DNA from: an archaeon | GTDB lineage: Archaea; Iainarchaeota; Iainarchaeia; Iainarchaeales; 1-14-0-10-31-34 | Length of the DNA stretch: 25,703 nucleotides | Direction of reading: 5' to 3' | NCBI GenBank assembly: GCA_024277355.1 | Contig: JAJRVL010000006.1 | Coordinates: forward strand, 1 to 25,703 | Shown here: positions 8,387 through 18,000 of the stretch, piece by piece | How the letters are laid out: each line of letters begins with the position of its first letter | Position numbering within the stretch: the first letter of the stretch is position 1 | The notes under the pieces: generated by a model | What the model was told of the DNA's origin: nothing | What the model saw: only the letters and a program-made list of their open reading frames with translations | Databases searched by the model: none | Program-made: the position numbers and the translations under genes

Positions 8387-8827
8387 CTAATCCTTTATTA
8401 TCCTAATGTGTTCTGCTTTAATTGTAACCGGAATTTTTACTGCTGCTTCAAGTAATTCAACTGTAACTTCTTCTTTTGTTGGATTAACTCTTGTAACTCT
8501 TGCTTTTTCTCCTTTAAAGGGCCCTGCAATTAATTCAATTTTTTGTCCTTCTTTAATTGACTTCATTAAAGGTTTTGCTTCAAGCAAAGAACTTAATTCA
8601 TCTATTTTTACTTCTCCGCCAACAATTCCTTTTCCTTTAATATGAGGAGTATTAGTTATTGCTCTTCTTATAGTTAATTCAGTGTCTGCTTCAATTAAGA
8701 CATAACCTTTTAATCCTGGAATGACACATAAAGAATAAATATCTAATTCATCTGTGTTTATTTTATTTGATAAAATGTCCACAACTAATGCTTCTTGTCC
8801 TACTGTTGTTCTTAATGTAAAAATCAC
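8387..8827 (-). CDS. spt5: Transcription elongation factor Spt5 (NusG-like NGN + KOW)
   Basis: VGQEALVVDILSNKI, IPGLKGYVLIEAD, KOW-type EGQKIELIAGPFKGEKARVTRVNPTKEEVTVELLEAAVKIPVTI. GTG start with SD AGGTGA 5 nt upstream. Confidence 0.93.
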   Translation of the reverse strand: MIFTLRTTVGQEALVVDILSNKINTDELDIYSLCVIPGLKGYVLIEADTELTIRRAITNTPHIKGKGIVGGEVKIDELSSLLEAKPLMKSIKEGQKIELIAGPFKGEKARVTRVNPTKEEVTVELLEAAVKIPVTIKAEHIRIIKD

Positions 8828-8940
8828 TATTTCACCTTTTTTTATACTTGCCTTTAAACTGCAATAAAATACTTCAAAAAACAGCTAAAAGCTTTAATAG
8901 TAATAAATATTGCATGCAAATAAATTTATTAATTAAACTG

Positions 8941-9117
8941 TTAGCCTAAAAAACCGACAAACCTGAAAATCAATAAAATAATAAAAGCAAGTATTCCAAT
9001 AATAATTATTCCAATTCCTGTAACCTGAGACATTATTTTGTATTCCTGCGTGTCAGGTTTTTTTGATACAGTAAAAATTCTTTTAGTTGAATTAATAAAT
9101 CCTTTTAAGTCAAACAT
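8941..9117 (-). CDS. secE: Protein translocase subunit SecE / Sec61-gamma, 58 aa (missing from the supplied ORF track)
   Basis: Hand translation of the minus strand: MFDLKGFINSTKRIFTVSKKPDTQEYKIMSQVTGIGIIIIGILAFIILLIFRFVGFLG. KKPDxxEY amphipathic helix plus one TM. Located between spt5 and ftsZ, the usual archaeal context. Confidence 0.92.
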   Translation of the reverse strand: MFDLKGFINSTKRIFTVSKKPDTQEYKIMSQVTGIGIIIIGILAFIILLIFRFVGFLG

Positions 9118-9154
9118 AATATCACTAAAAAATTAAAAAGAAAAAAGTTAAAAA

Positions 9155-10285
9155 CTAATCAGCAAACTCGATTCCTAAATCAATCATTCCATTTTCATCA
9201 ATTAAGCCTTTAACATCCCCTAAATAAGGAAATTTTCCTCCAGCAATTACAACCATTGCCTGAATCTGATTTCTTGGAAGTTCTTCGTCAATCATTGCAC
9301 CCCATATTATATGAGCATCAGCATTAATTTTTCCTACTACTGCTTCAACAATCATTTCTGCTTCTCTTAAAGTCATGTCTGTTCCGCCGACAACATTAAT
9401 TAAAGCTCTGTTTGCTTCGCTTATGTCAACATCTAATAAAGGAGAAGTCAAAGAATTTTCAACTGCTTCTAATGCACGGGAATCAGACATTTTTTCCTGA
9501 TGGCTTTCGCCTAAACCAATCATTGCTGCGCCGCCTCTTTCTAAAATTGTTCTTAAATCAGCAAAATCTAAATTAATTAATCCTGGTTTAGTTACCATTT
9601 CAGTTATTCCTTTAACTGCATTAGTTAAAACTTCATCTGCAACTTTAAATGCTGCAGCAACAGGCAAATCAGGAGCAATTTCTAAAATTTTATCGTTTGG
9701 AATTACAATTATTGTATCAGCTGCTTTTTTTAGTTTAGCTAATCCATCCATTGCATTTTCCATTCTTTTTTTTCCTTCAACAGTAAAAGGCAAAGTAACA
9801 ACTGCAATAACTAAAGCTTTTGTTTCTTTTGCAATTTCAGCAACAATTGGACTTGCACCAGTTCCTGTTCCTCCACCTAAACCACAAGTAATAAAAACTA
9901 AATCTGAATCAACAAGTAATTCTTGTAATTCATCTAATGATTCCTGTGCAGCTGCTTCTCCAACTGAAGGATTGCTTCCTGAACCTAAACCTCTTGTTAG
10001 TTCTTTTCCAATAAGCATTTTTTCGTCTGCAGTGACAGCAATTAAATCCTGTGCATCAGTGTTAACAACAAAAGTTTCAGCCCCATGAATTCCAACTTCA
10101 CTCATTCTGTCAACAGTATTACAGCCTCCGCCGCCAATTCCAATAACTCTTATTTTTGCTTTATTTGATTCAAGCAATTTAATTAATTCATCATCATGCT
10201 GACCTTTAACGGTTCTTTTTCCTTTAGGCCCTAATTTTTCACTATTCATATAATTTCTTACTGCTTTATCGACAACGTTTTTCAC
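9155..10285 (-). CDS. ftsZ: Cell division GTPase FtsZ
   Basis: IRVIGIGGGGCNTVDRM, CGLGGGTGTGASPIVAEIAKE, NLDFADLRTILERGGAAMIGLGES. GTG start with SD GGAGGG 5 nt upstream. Confidence 0.97.
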   Translation of the reverse strand: MKNVVDKAVRNYMNSEKLGPKGKRTVKGQHDDELIKLLESNKAKIRVIGIGGGGCNTVDRMSEVGIHGAETFVVNTDAQDLIAVTADEKMLIGKELTRGLGSGSNPSVGEAAAQESLDELQELLVDSDLVFITCGLGGGTGTGASPIVAEIAKETKALVIAVVTLPFTVEGKKRMENAMDGLAKLKKAADTIIVIPNDKILEIAPDLPVAAAFKVADEVLTNAVKGITEMVTKPGLINLDFADLRTILERGGAAMIGLGESHQEKMSDSRALEAVENSLTSPLLDVDISEANRALINVVGGTDMTLREAEMIVEAVVGKINADAHIIWGAMIDEELPRNQIQAMVVIAGGKFPYLGDVKGLIDENGMIDLGIEFAD

Positions 10286-10290
10286 AGAAT

Positions 10291-10296
10291 CCCTCC
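10291..10296 (-). promoter_or_regulatory. Shine-Dalgarno GGAGGG upstream of the GTG start of ftsZ
   Basis: Reverse strand GTTTTCGGAGGGATTCTGTG. Confidence 0.7.
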
Positions 10297-10396
10297 GAAA
10301 ACAACAATTAAAACTATACTATACTCTAAACAAAAACAATTAAAAATGGATTTTGATTTTTGCCTGTAAATTACCCCTGAAAAGTGACAAAAATAG

Positions 10397-11892
<1,496 letters not shown>

Positions 11893-11898
11893 TTATTT

Positions 11899-13212
11899 AT
11901 GTCTCTCTTAATAAAAAACGCAAAAATTCAGGAAAAAAATAAAACTTTAATTAAAAATGTTTTATGCAGAAACGGAAAAATTTATTCTATTACTAATTCT
12001 TTTCCTAAATCAGATAAAACAATTGACGCAAAAGGCAAATTACTTCTTTCAGGAGGAATAGATGTTCATGTTCATTTTAGGGAGCCTGGAATGAAATATA
12101 AAGCTGAATGGAAAACTGAAAGTAAGGCAGCAGCAGCAGGGGGCATAACTACAGTTTTTGACATGCCAAATACTTTGCCTCCAACTTTTACAGTAAAAGA
12201 ATTAAACAAGAAAAAAAATATTGCAGAGAAAAATTCTCTTGTAAATTTTGGTTTTCATTTTGGAACAGAAAAATTAAATGAAATAAAAAAAGCAAAAATT
12301 AATTCAGTTAAAATTTTCATGGGAAAAAGCACAGGAAATTTAGTGACAGAAAACAAAAAAATTAAAGAAATTTTTAAGCTTGCAAAACAAAAAAATTTAG
12401 TTTGTGTATTGCATGCAGAAGATGAAAAAATAATTGAAGAAAACATAAAGAAAGCAAAAGAAAAAAAATGGAATAATGTAAAGTTTCATAACAAAATAAG
12501 AAATGAAAAAGCAGAAATAAAAGCAATAAAAAATGCATTAAGTTTACAGAAAAAAATCGGAAACAAAATTCATTTTGCTCATGTTTCAACAGCAAAAGGA
12601 TTAAAAGAAATAATTAAATCTAAGAAAACAGGAAAAGGAAAGATTACCTGTGAAGTCTGTCCGCATCATTTGTTTTTAAATGAAAAGGATTTGAAAAGAC
12701 TTGGAAATTTTGGAAAAATGAATCCTCCTTTAAGGACAAAAAAAGACAATGAATTTTTATGGAAAAGTTTAATTCAGGGAAAAGTAGATATTGTTTCAAC
12801 AGATCATGCTCCTCACTTAAAAAAAGAAAAACAAAAAAAGTTTTTTGATGCGCCGTCAGGAGTAACCGGAGTTGAAACAGTTTATCCTTTGCTGTTAAAT
12901 AAAGTTGCAGAAAAGAAAATCAAGCTGGAAAAAGTAATTGAAGTTTTATGCGAGAATCCTGCAAGAATTTTTGGAATAAAAAACAAGGGAAAAATCAAGA
13001 AAGGATTTGATGCAGATTTAGTTTTAGTTGACTTAAACAAAAAATGGACAATAAGAAATAAAGAAATGCATTCAAAATGCAAATGGACTCCTTTTAATGG
13101 CAAAAAAATCAGTGGGAAAATTGAAACAACAATTATTGGCGGAAAAATAGTTTTTAATAAAACAAAGTTTCATAATAAATTTAAAGGAAAAAAAATTATT
13201 TTAACTAAATAA
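11899..13212 (+). CDS. pyrC: Dihydroorotase
   Basis: GKLLLSGGIDVHVHFREPGMKYKAEWKTESKAAAAGGITTVFDMPNT, FHFGTE, EVCPHHLFLNE, VDIVSTDHAPHLKKEK, SGVTGVETVYPLL. Confidence 0.95.
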   Translation: MSLLIKNAKIQEKNKTLIKNVLCRNGKIYSITNSFPKSDKTIDAKGKLLLSGGIDVHVHFREPGMKYKAEWKTESKAAAAGGITTVFDMPNTLPPTFTVKELNKKKNIAEKNSLVNFGFHFGTEKLNEIKKAKINSVKIFMGKSTGNLVTENKKIKEIFKLAKQKNLVCVLHAEDEKIIEENIKKAKEKKWNNVKFHNKIRNEKAEIKAIKNALSLQKKIGNKIHFAHVSTAKGLKEIIKSKKTGKGKITCEVCPHHLFLNEKDLKRLGNFGKMNPPLRTKKDNEFLWKSLIQGKVDIVSTDHAPHLKKEKQKKFFDAPSGVTGVETVYPLLLNKVAEKKIKLEKVIEVLCENPARIFGIKNKGKIKKGFDADLVLVDLNKKWTIRNKEMHSKCKWTPFNGKKISGKIETTIIGGKIVFNKTKFHNKFKGKKIILTK

Positions 13213-13218
13213 ATTTCT

Positions 13219-13249
13219 TTTCGTTTTTTGTCGTTGCATTCCATTTAAA
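13219..13249 (+). repeat. 31-bp imperfect direct repeat, copy 1 (TTTCGTTTTTTGTCGTTGCATTCCATTTAAA)
   Basis: Matches 14975..15005 at 28/31 positions by manual alignment. Lies just after pyrC. Confidence 0.85.
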
Positions 13250-13263
13250 TGTTTTAGAAGAAA

Positions 13264-13719
13264 TTAGCATCCGCATGCTTCTAAAACTTCTTCTTTAGTC
13301 ATGTTTAATTGGTTTAGTTCTTGTTCTGTTAAATCAGCTGTACAGTTAGCACTTATTAATTTACAATAAGGAACATAATTTGTTTGACATTTGTTTTCTT
13401 CACAGCTATTATCTTCTAATATTGTTAAAGATATTCTTGATGGTTCTCCTTCAATTTTGCAGTCTGAACAGTTTTCTGTTTTCCATTGATTTATTTTTTC
13501 TGCAGATTCTTTATTTACTGATATAAAATCTGGGTTAAATAAAGAGCAACATTTTAATTGAACTACTTCACAATCTTCATCTGCTTCACAATATTTTTCT
13601 TGTGCTGTTATTTCTTCAGAATAAGCAATCAAGTCAGTATTAGGTTCATTAAACTGCAAACAACCACTAAAAAAGATTGCTAAAAATATAACTGTTATTA
13701 AAATTATTTTTTTGTTCAT
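13264..13719 (-). CDS. Putative lipoprotein / secreted Cys-rich protein of unknown function
   Basis: MNKKIILITVIFLAIFFSGCLQ signal sequence with lipobox-like FFSGC, plus many Cys (CEADEDCEVVQLKCC...). TATA element about 25 bp upstream of the ATG. Confidence 0.7.
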   Translation of the reverse strand: MNKKIILITVIFLAIFFSGCLQFNEPNTDLIAYSEEITAQEKYCEADEDCEVVQLKCCSLFNPDFISVNKESAEKINQWKTENCSDCKIEGEPSRISLTILEDNSCEENKCQTNYVPYCKLISANCTADLTEQELNQLNMTKEEVLEACGC

Positions 13720-13897
13720 TGAATAAAATACACATAACTAATATAAAAACTTTAGAGTTCAATAGCAAATCATGTTTTTTTCCTTAATCTTGACAAACCA
13801 TAAATTACAGTACTTCCTACACTGTAAGAGACAATTAAACTAAAAATGAAATTCAATAAAATCAGGATTAGTCTCATCAAATCTAAGAATATTCCAG

Positions 13898-14356
13898 CTA
13901 ATAAAATTTAGTTACAAATGCACTTACATAACAACCTATTGGTTCTCCATCATCTTTTAGTATAACTCTTGAAACATAAATGTCTAATTCTTTTGGAACT
14001 TGAATTTCTTTTTTTACTTGGAATTCGTAAACACGAATATTTCCTTTGAAAGCTTTGCATTTTTCAAAATCTTCTTTACATAATCCTTTTGATCTTTCAT
14101 CAATTCCACATTCCCAGCATATGTTTTCCCAGTTTGAATATTGTGTGGAATGAATAGAGTTTTTTTGTGTAATTTGAAAATCTGTAGTTTTAATGGAATA
14201 ATTATTAAAATTAGGAAATTTTACTTCATCTATACTATAGAAACATTCTTTTGCTTTTTCTTCTAACTCTTGCTCAGATAATTTTTGTTCTTGTATACAT
14301 CCGCTTAATAAAACTAAAAGAATTAAGCTTACTAATAAAATAATTTTTTTATTCAT
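13898..14356 (-). CDS. Putative lipoprotein of unknown function (paralog A)
   Basis: MNKKIILLVSLILLVLLSGCIQ lipobox-like signal. LSEQELEEKAKECFYSIDEV matches the neighbouring ORF. The first codon in the track (14359) is TTG; ATG at 14356 is preferred. Confidence 0.75.
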   Translation of the reverse strand: MNKKIILLVSLILLVLLSGCIQEQKLSEQELEEKAKECFYSIDEVKFPNFNNYSIKTTDFQITQKNSIHSTQYSNWENICWECGIDERSKGLCKEDFEKCKAFKGNIRVYEFQVKKEIQVPKELDIYVSRVILKDDGEPIGCYVSAFVTKFY

Positions 14357-14358
14357 CA

Positions 14359-14394
14359 ATAAAGAATATTATTAAGTTGTATAAAAGCTTTAGG
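14359..14394 (-). promoter_or_regulatory. Predicted promoter of lipoprotein A (BRE/TATA CCTAAAGCTTTTATAC), leaderless spacing
   Basis: Reverse strand CCTAAAGCTTTTATACAACTTAATAATATTCTTTAT. TATA centre about 27 nt upstream of the ATG. Matches 14932..14967 at 34/36 positions. Confidence 0.6.
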
Positions 14395-14499
14395 ATTTGT
14401 TTTCAGTAAAAAATAAGACAAGCTTTTTCGTCAAGAACATAATTCTTTTTTTGAAGAAAAGACAATCAAAAAATTGGTTTATAGTATTTATTTAAATTT

Positions 14500-14928
14500 C
14501 TATTCAATGGCATGTTCTATTCCATTAATGTAACTAGCTATTAGTTCTCCATTGTTTTTTAGTATTACTTTTCCCCACATAGTTCTGTCATCCCGTTTTG
14601 TTTCTTCTTTTAGTTGAAAATTATATATATGAACTTTTTCATTTAAGGAATAAAATTCATTTTCAGTCAATAAGCATTCTTCTGGCAGGGCAAGTTCGCA
14701 ATCAAAGTCATATAAATCAAATTCTTTAGAATAAATTATTTCAGTTTTCTTTAAAACAAAATCAGAAGATTTAAAAGAAACCCCTATTATATCTACTTCA
14801 CTAAGGCTGTAAAAATATTCTTTTGCTTTTTCTTTTAGTTCTTGTTCTGTTAGTTTTTTTTGTTGAGTGCATCCACTAAACAAAATTAAAAGAATTATTC
14901 CTGTTAAGAAAAGAATTTTTTTATTCAT
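14500..14928 (-). CDS. Putative lipoprotein of unknown function (paralog B)
   Basis: MNKKILFLTGIILLILFSGCTQQKKLTEQELKEKAKEYFYSLSEVD. Same layout as the 13898 gene, ending in a shared ...V(S/W)xKVILKxxGExIxxY-type motif. Confidence 0.75.
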   Translation of the reverse strand: MNKKILFLTGIILLILFSGCTQQKKLTEQELKEKAKEYFYSLSEVDIIGVSFKSSDFVLKKTEIIYSKEFDLYDFDCELALPEECLLTENEFYSLNEKVHIYNFQLKEETKRDDRTMWGKVILKNNGELIASYINGIEHAIE

Positions 14929-14931
14929 TAG

Positions 14932-14967
14932 ATAAAGAATATAATTAAGTTATATAAAAGCTTTAGG
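14932..14967 (-). promoter_or_regulatory. Predicted promoter of lipoprotein B (BRE/TATA CCTAAAGCTTTTATATAA), leaderless spacing
   Basis: Reverse complement of ataaagaatataattaagttatataaaagctttagg, with the TATA centre about 27 nt upstream of the ATG. Confidence 0.6.
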
Positions 14968-14974
14968 TTTAGTG

Positions 14975-15005
14975 TTTCGTCATTTGTCGTTGCATTCAAT
15001 TTAAA
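14975..15005 (+). repeat. 31-bp imperfect direct repeat, copy 2 (TTTCGTCATTTGTCGTTGCATTCAATTTAAA)
   Basis: 28/31 identical to 13219..13249. Confidence 0.85.
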
Positions 15006-15056
15006 ACTTTTGTGTGTCAGAAATTTTCTGGGAGAATTGAGGGGGAATAAATTACG

Positions 15057-18000
15057 TTGAAGAATAAGTTAGTTTTAATTCTATTTTTCTTGTTAATTTT
15101 TTCTATTAATGTTCAAGCTGGAATTATTAATTATTCTTTTGAAGTTCAGAATTCTGATTATAATACTGATGCTTTAGGCTGGACAGAATTTAAAACTAAT
15201 GCACTTTTTCAGGATTATAATGCTGAAACACAAGTTTGTTCTAATCAGTCAGTAACACCCTCAATATTAGCTGACACTTTTATAAGAGAATTTTCTGAAG
15301 ACGCAAGAAACGGAAATTATATATTTAAAACATTTTCTTCTGAAGTTGGAGTTTCTTTTACAAGAAATAATTATTATATAGGGGAATTAGGAATAGACAC
15401 AAATATTTGTTTTTGGATTAAAGGATGGGTTAGTGGAGGAACAGGATTTAGATTAGGGTTCTGGGATAATATGACAAACAATTATTGCAGAGTAGCAGAT
15501 ATTGGCAGTGTTGATGAAAATTGGAATTATGCTTGTGGAACATTTAAGACAGGATCATATAATGGATTTTTAACTTTAGAAAAAGAATGGCGAACTACAG
15601 GAATAGAACTTTTATGGGATGGATTTGATTCTTCTAGTTTAGGAATAAATATTCTAAAACCAACTCCAAACCAATACATAAAACAAAGAGATTTATTAAC
15701 AGTTGAATTTGAAATACAAGATAATGACTTTAATTTCCTTAATCTTAATCCTGAAGGAATACAATATAGATTAGATTTGCTTGATGATTGGAATTCAATT
15801 GAAGCAAGTGAATTTGGCATAAATAGCTTTAACACTACAGCTCCAGACGAGACAGGAGAACATATTTTAACAATAAGAGCATTGGTTAACGGAGCTTGGA
15901 TTCATGGAAGCACAAAATATTTAGTTTCTCCTCAAAAAATAGACTTAAAAATAAATTTCATTAAAGCTATTCAAGTAATAGAAGATGTAAACTTAGTTTC
16001 AGGGAAAGCAACTGCTGTAAAAGTTGGAGTGAACAACACAAATAACGCAGAAGAGGATCAGAATGTTACAGTAGAACTAACATTTAACGGACAAGAATAC
16101 CCATTAACTGAAGAATTTTATGGAGACTATAACTTCATATTCTATGTAAATAATCCATTTGAAATAGAAGATGCAACAGTAGTATTTTACTTAACTGCGA
16201 AAATAGATCCACAAAACAATTATGAAGAAAATGATGAAAACAACAATTCATTAGTGCAAGAAGTAATAGTAAAAAGAACTAGTGATTTAAATGTGTTATT
16301 TATTGCATTTGATTATGGACAAGATCTGGATTCATTTGAAAAAATTGTTGCACAATCAATAGAATTCTTGGAAGCAACTTATCCAATAATGAACTATGAT
16401 TATTATCTGGTTAATTATACAGGTAATTTAAATCTTGACCAGAACTATAATAAAATTTTATTTCGGCTAATGAAAGAAATTAAATTAATTGGGGAAGATG
16501 TTAATAAGAATAAGTTTAAGGCATTTAGATTTGTAGGAGTTGTTCCTAATGGATGGCATGTTGATCATAATGAATTTGAATCAAAAGGAGCAACACCTTG
16601 CAAAAAAGATACAATTCCTTTGGAATGTAAACCATACTTTTTGATAGAAGATGGTAATCGTTCTGTTTTAGCTCATGAGATAGGTCACACTTATGGGTTA
16701 AATGAAGAGTATGAGTTAAAGCTTAACGAACCCAATCCAAGTCCTACTGATTGTGGCATTACTTTTTGTTCTAATTATCAACAAAAATATATTGATAAAA
16801 ATTGGTGCTTAGGAAGTGTTGTCACCAATGGAATTTGGGTTAATGAAAAGAAAGTTTTTGTAAATCAGGATCTTAACATTTGTAATTATTCAAATCCTTA
16901 TTCTTATATGGGGACTGCTTTATATTCCCCGCCAGATAGATGGACTACTTTTAATGAATATGATTATTTATCTGAGAAGTTATATTTAGGGGGTCAATTT
17001 GGTAAGAGTAATAACCAAGATTTAAATATTTTATTTGTTAAGGGTTTTGTTGATAAGAATTTAAATGTAGAGTTGGATCATTTATATAAGATTGATAGAA
17101 CTGAAGAATTTGGGTCAAGTGATGGAAACTGTTTAATTAGGACATTGGATTCTAATGTATCAATAATAAATGACTATAATTTTTCAGTAAACTTTGATCT
17201 TTTTAGCGAAGGAATAAACACAATTGATTATTCCCCTTTTGTTTTGGGAATTAATTTTAATGAAAACTTGAATTCAGTTCAAGTGATTTGTAACGGTGAA
17301 CTGAAAACAGAAAGAAGCATTTCACAAAATGCTCCGACAGTATCTATTAGTTTCCCTAAAACAGGAGATATCTGGACTGACACAAATACACTAAGTTGGA
17401 CATCAGATGATTTAGATGGAGATGAATTATCTTTTGCTCTTTATTATAGTGCTGACAATGGTTCAATTTGGATTCCAATACAATCAGATGTCAATGATTT
17501 AAGTTATTCTTTTCCTTCATGGATAGTTGAAGGAACAAATCAATTTAAGTTTAAAGTGATTGCATCTGATGGAATACTTTCAAGTGAAAGCATTTCAGAT
17601 ACTTTCACAGTTGCAAATGCAGATATTAATGTTACGCCAAATGAAAAGAATTTTGGAACAATTAATAATTTGCAGAATGTTTCTCAAGACTTTAATATTG
17701 TTAATTCTGGTAATGCTGACTTAAATGTGTTTGATGAAAATCATTCAGGTAATTTAAGTTTAACTGGATTGAGTTTGCCTATTGTTTTACAGCCAGGAGA
17801 AAACCATGTTTTTAGTGTAGAATTGAATGTTTTAGGCATGAGTTTAGGAGAATTCACTGAAGACATTGCTTTGGGTTCAAATGATCCAAATCAAATAGTT
17901 AAAAGAATTAAAGTTTATGGAGTAATTGAACAAGCTAAACCTGACTTTACTATTAAAGCAGATAACATTACTTTTAATCCTGTTTATCCTGAACAAGATG

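Noticed and set aside
13720-13897. 178-bp intergenic gap, considered as a tRNA or structured RNA gene
   Set aside because: No cloverleaf, TTC-box or strong GC-rich stem visible, though it was not folded computationally.
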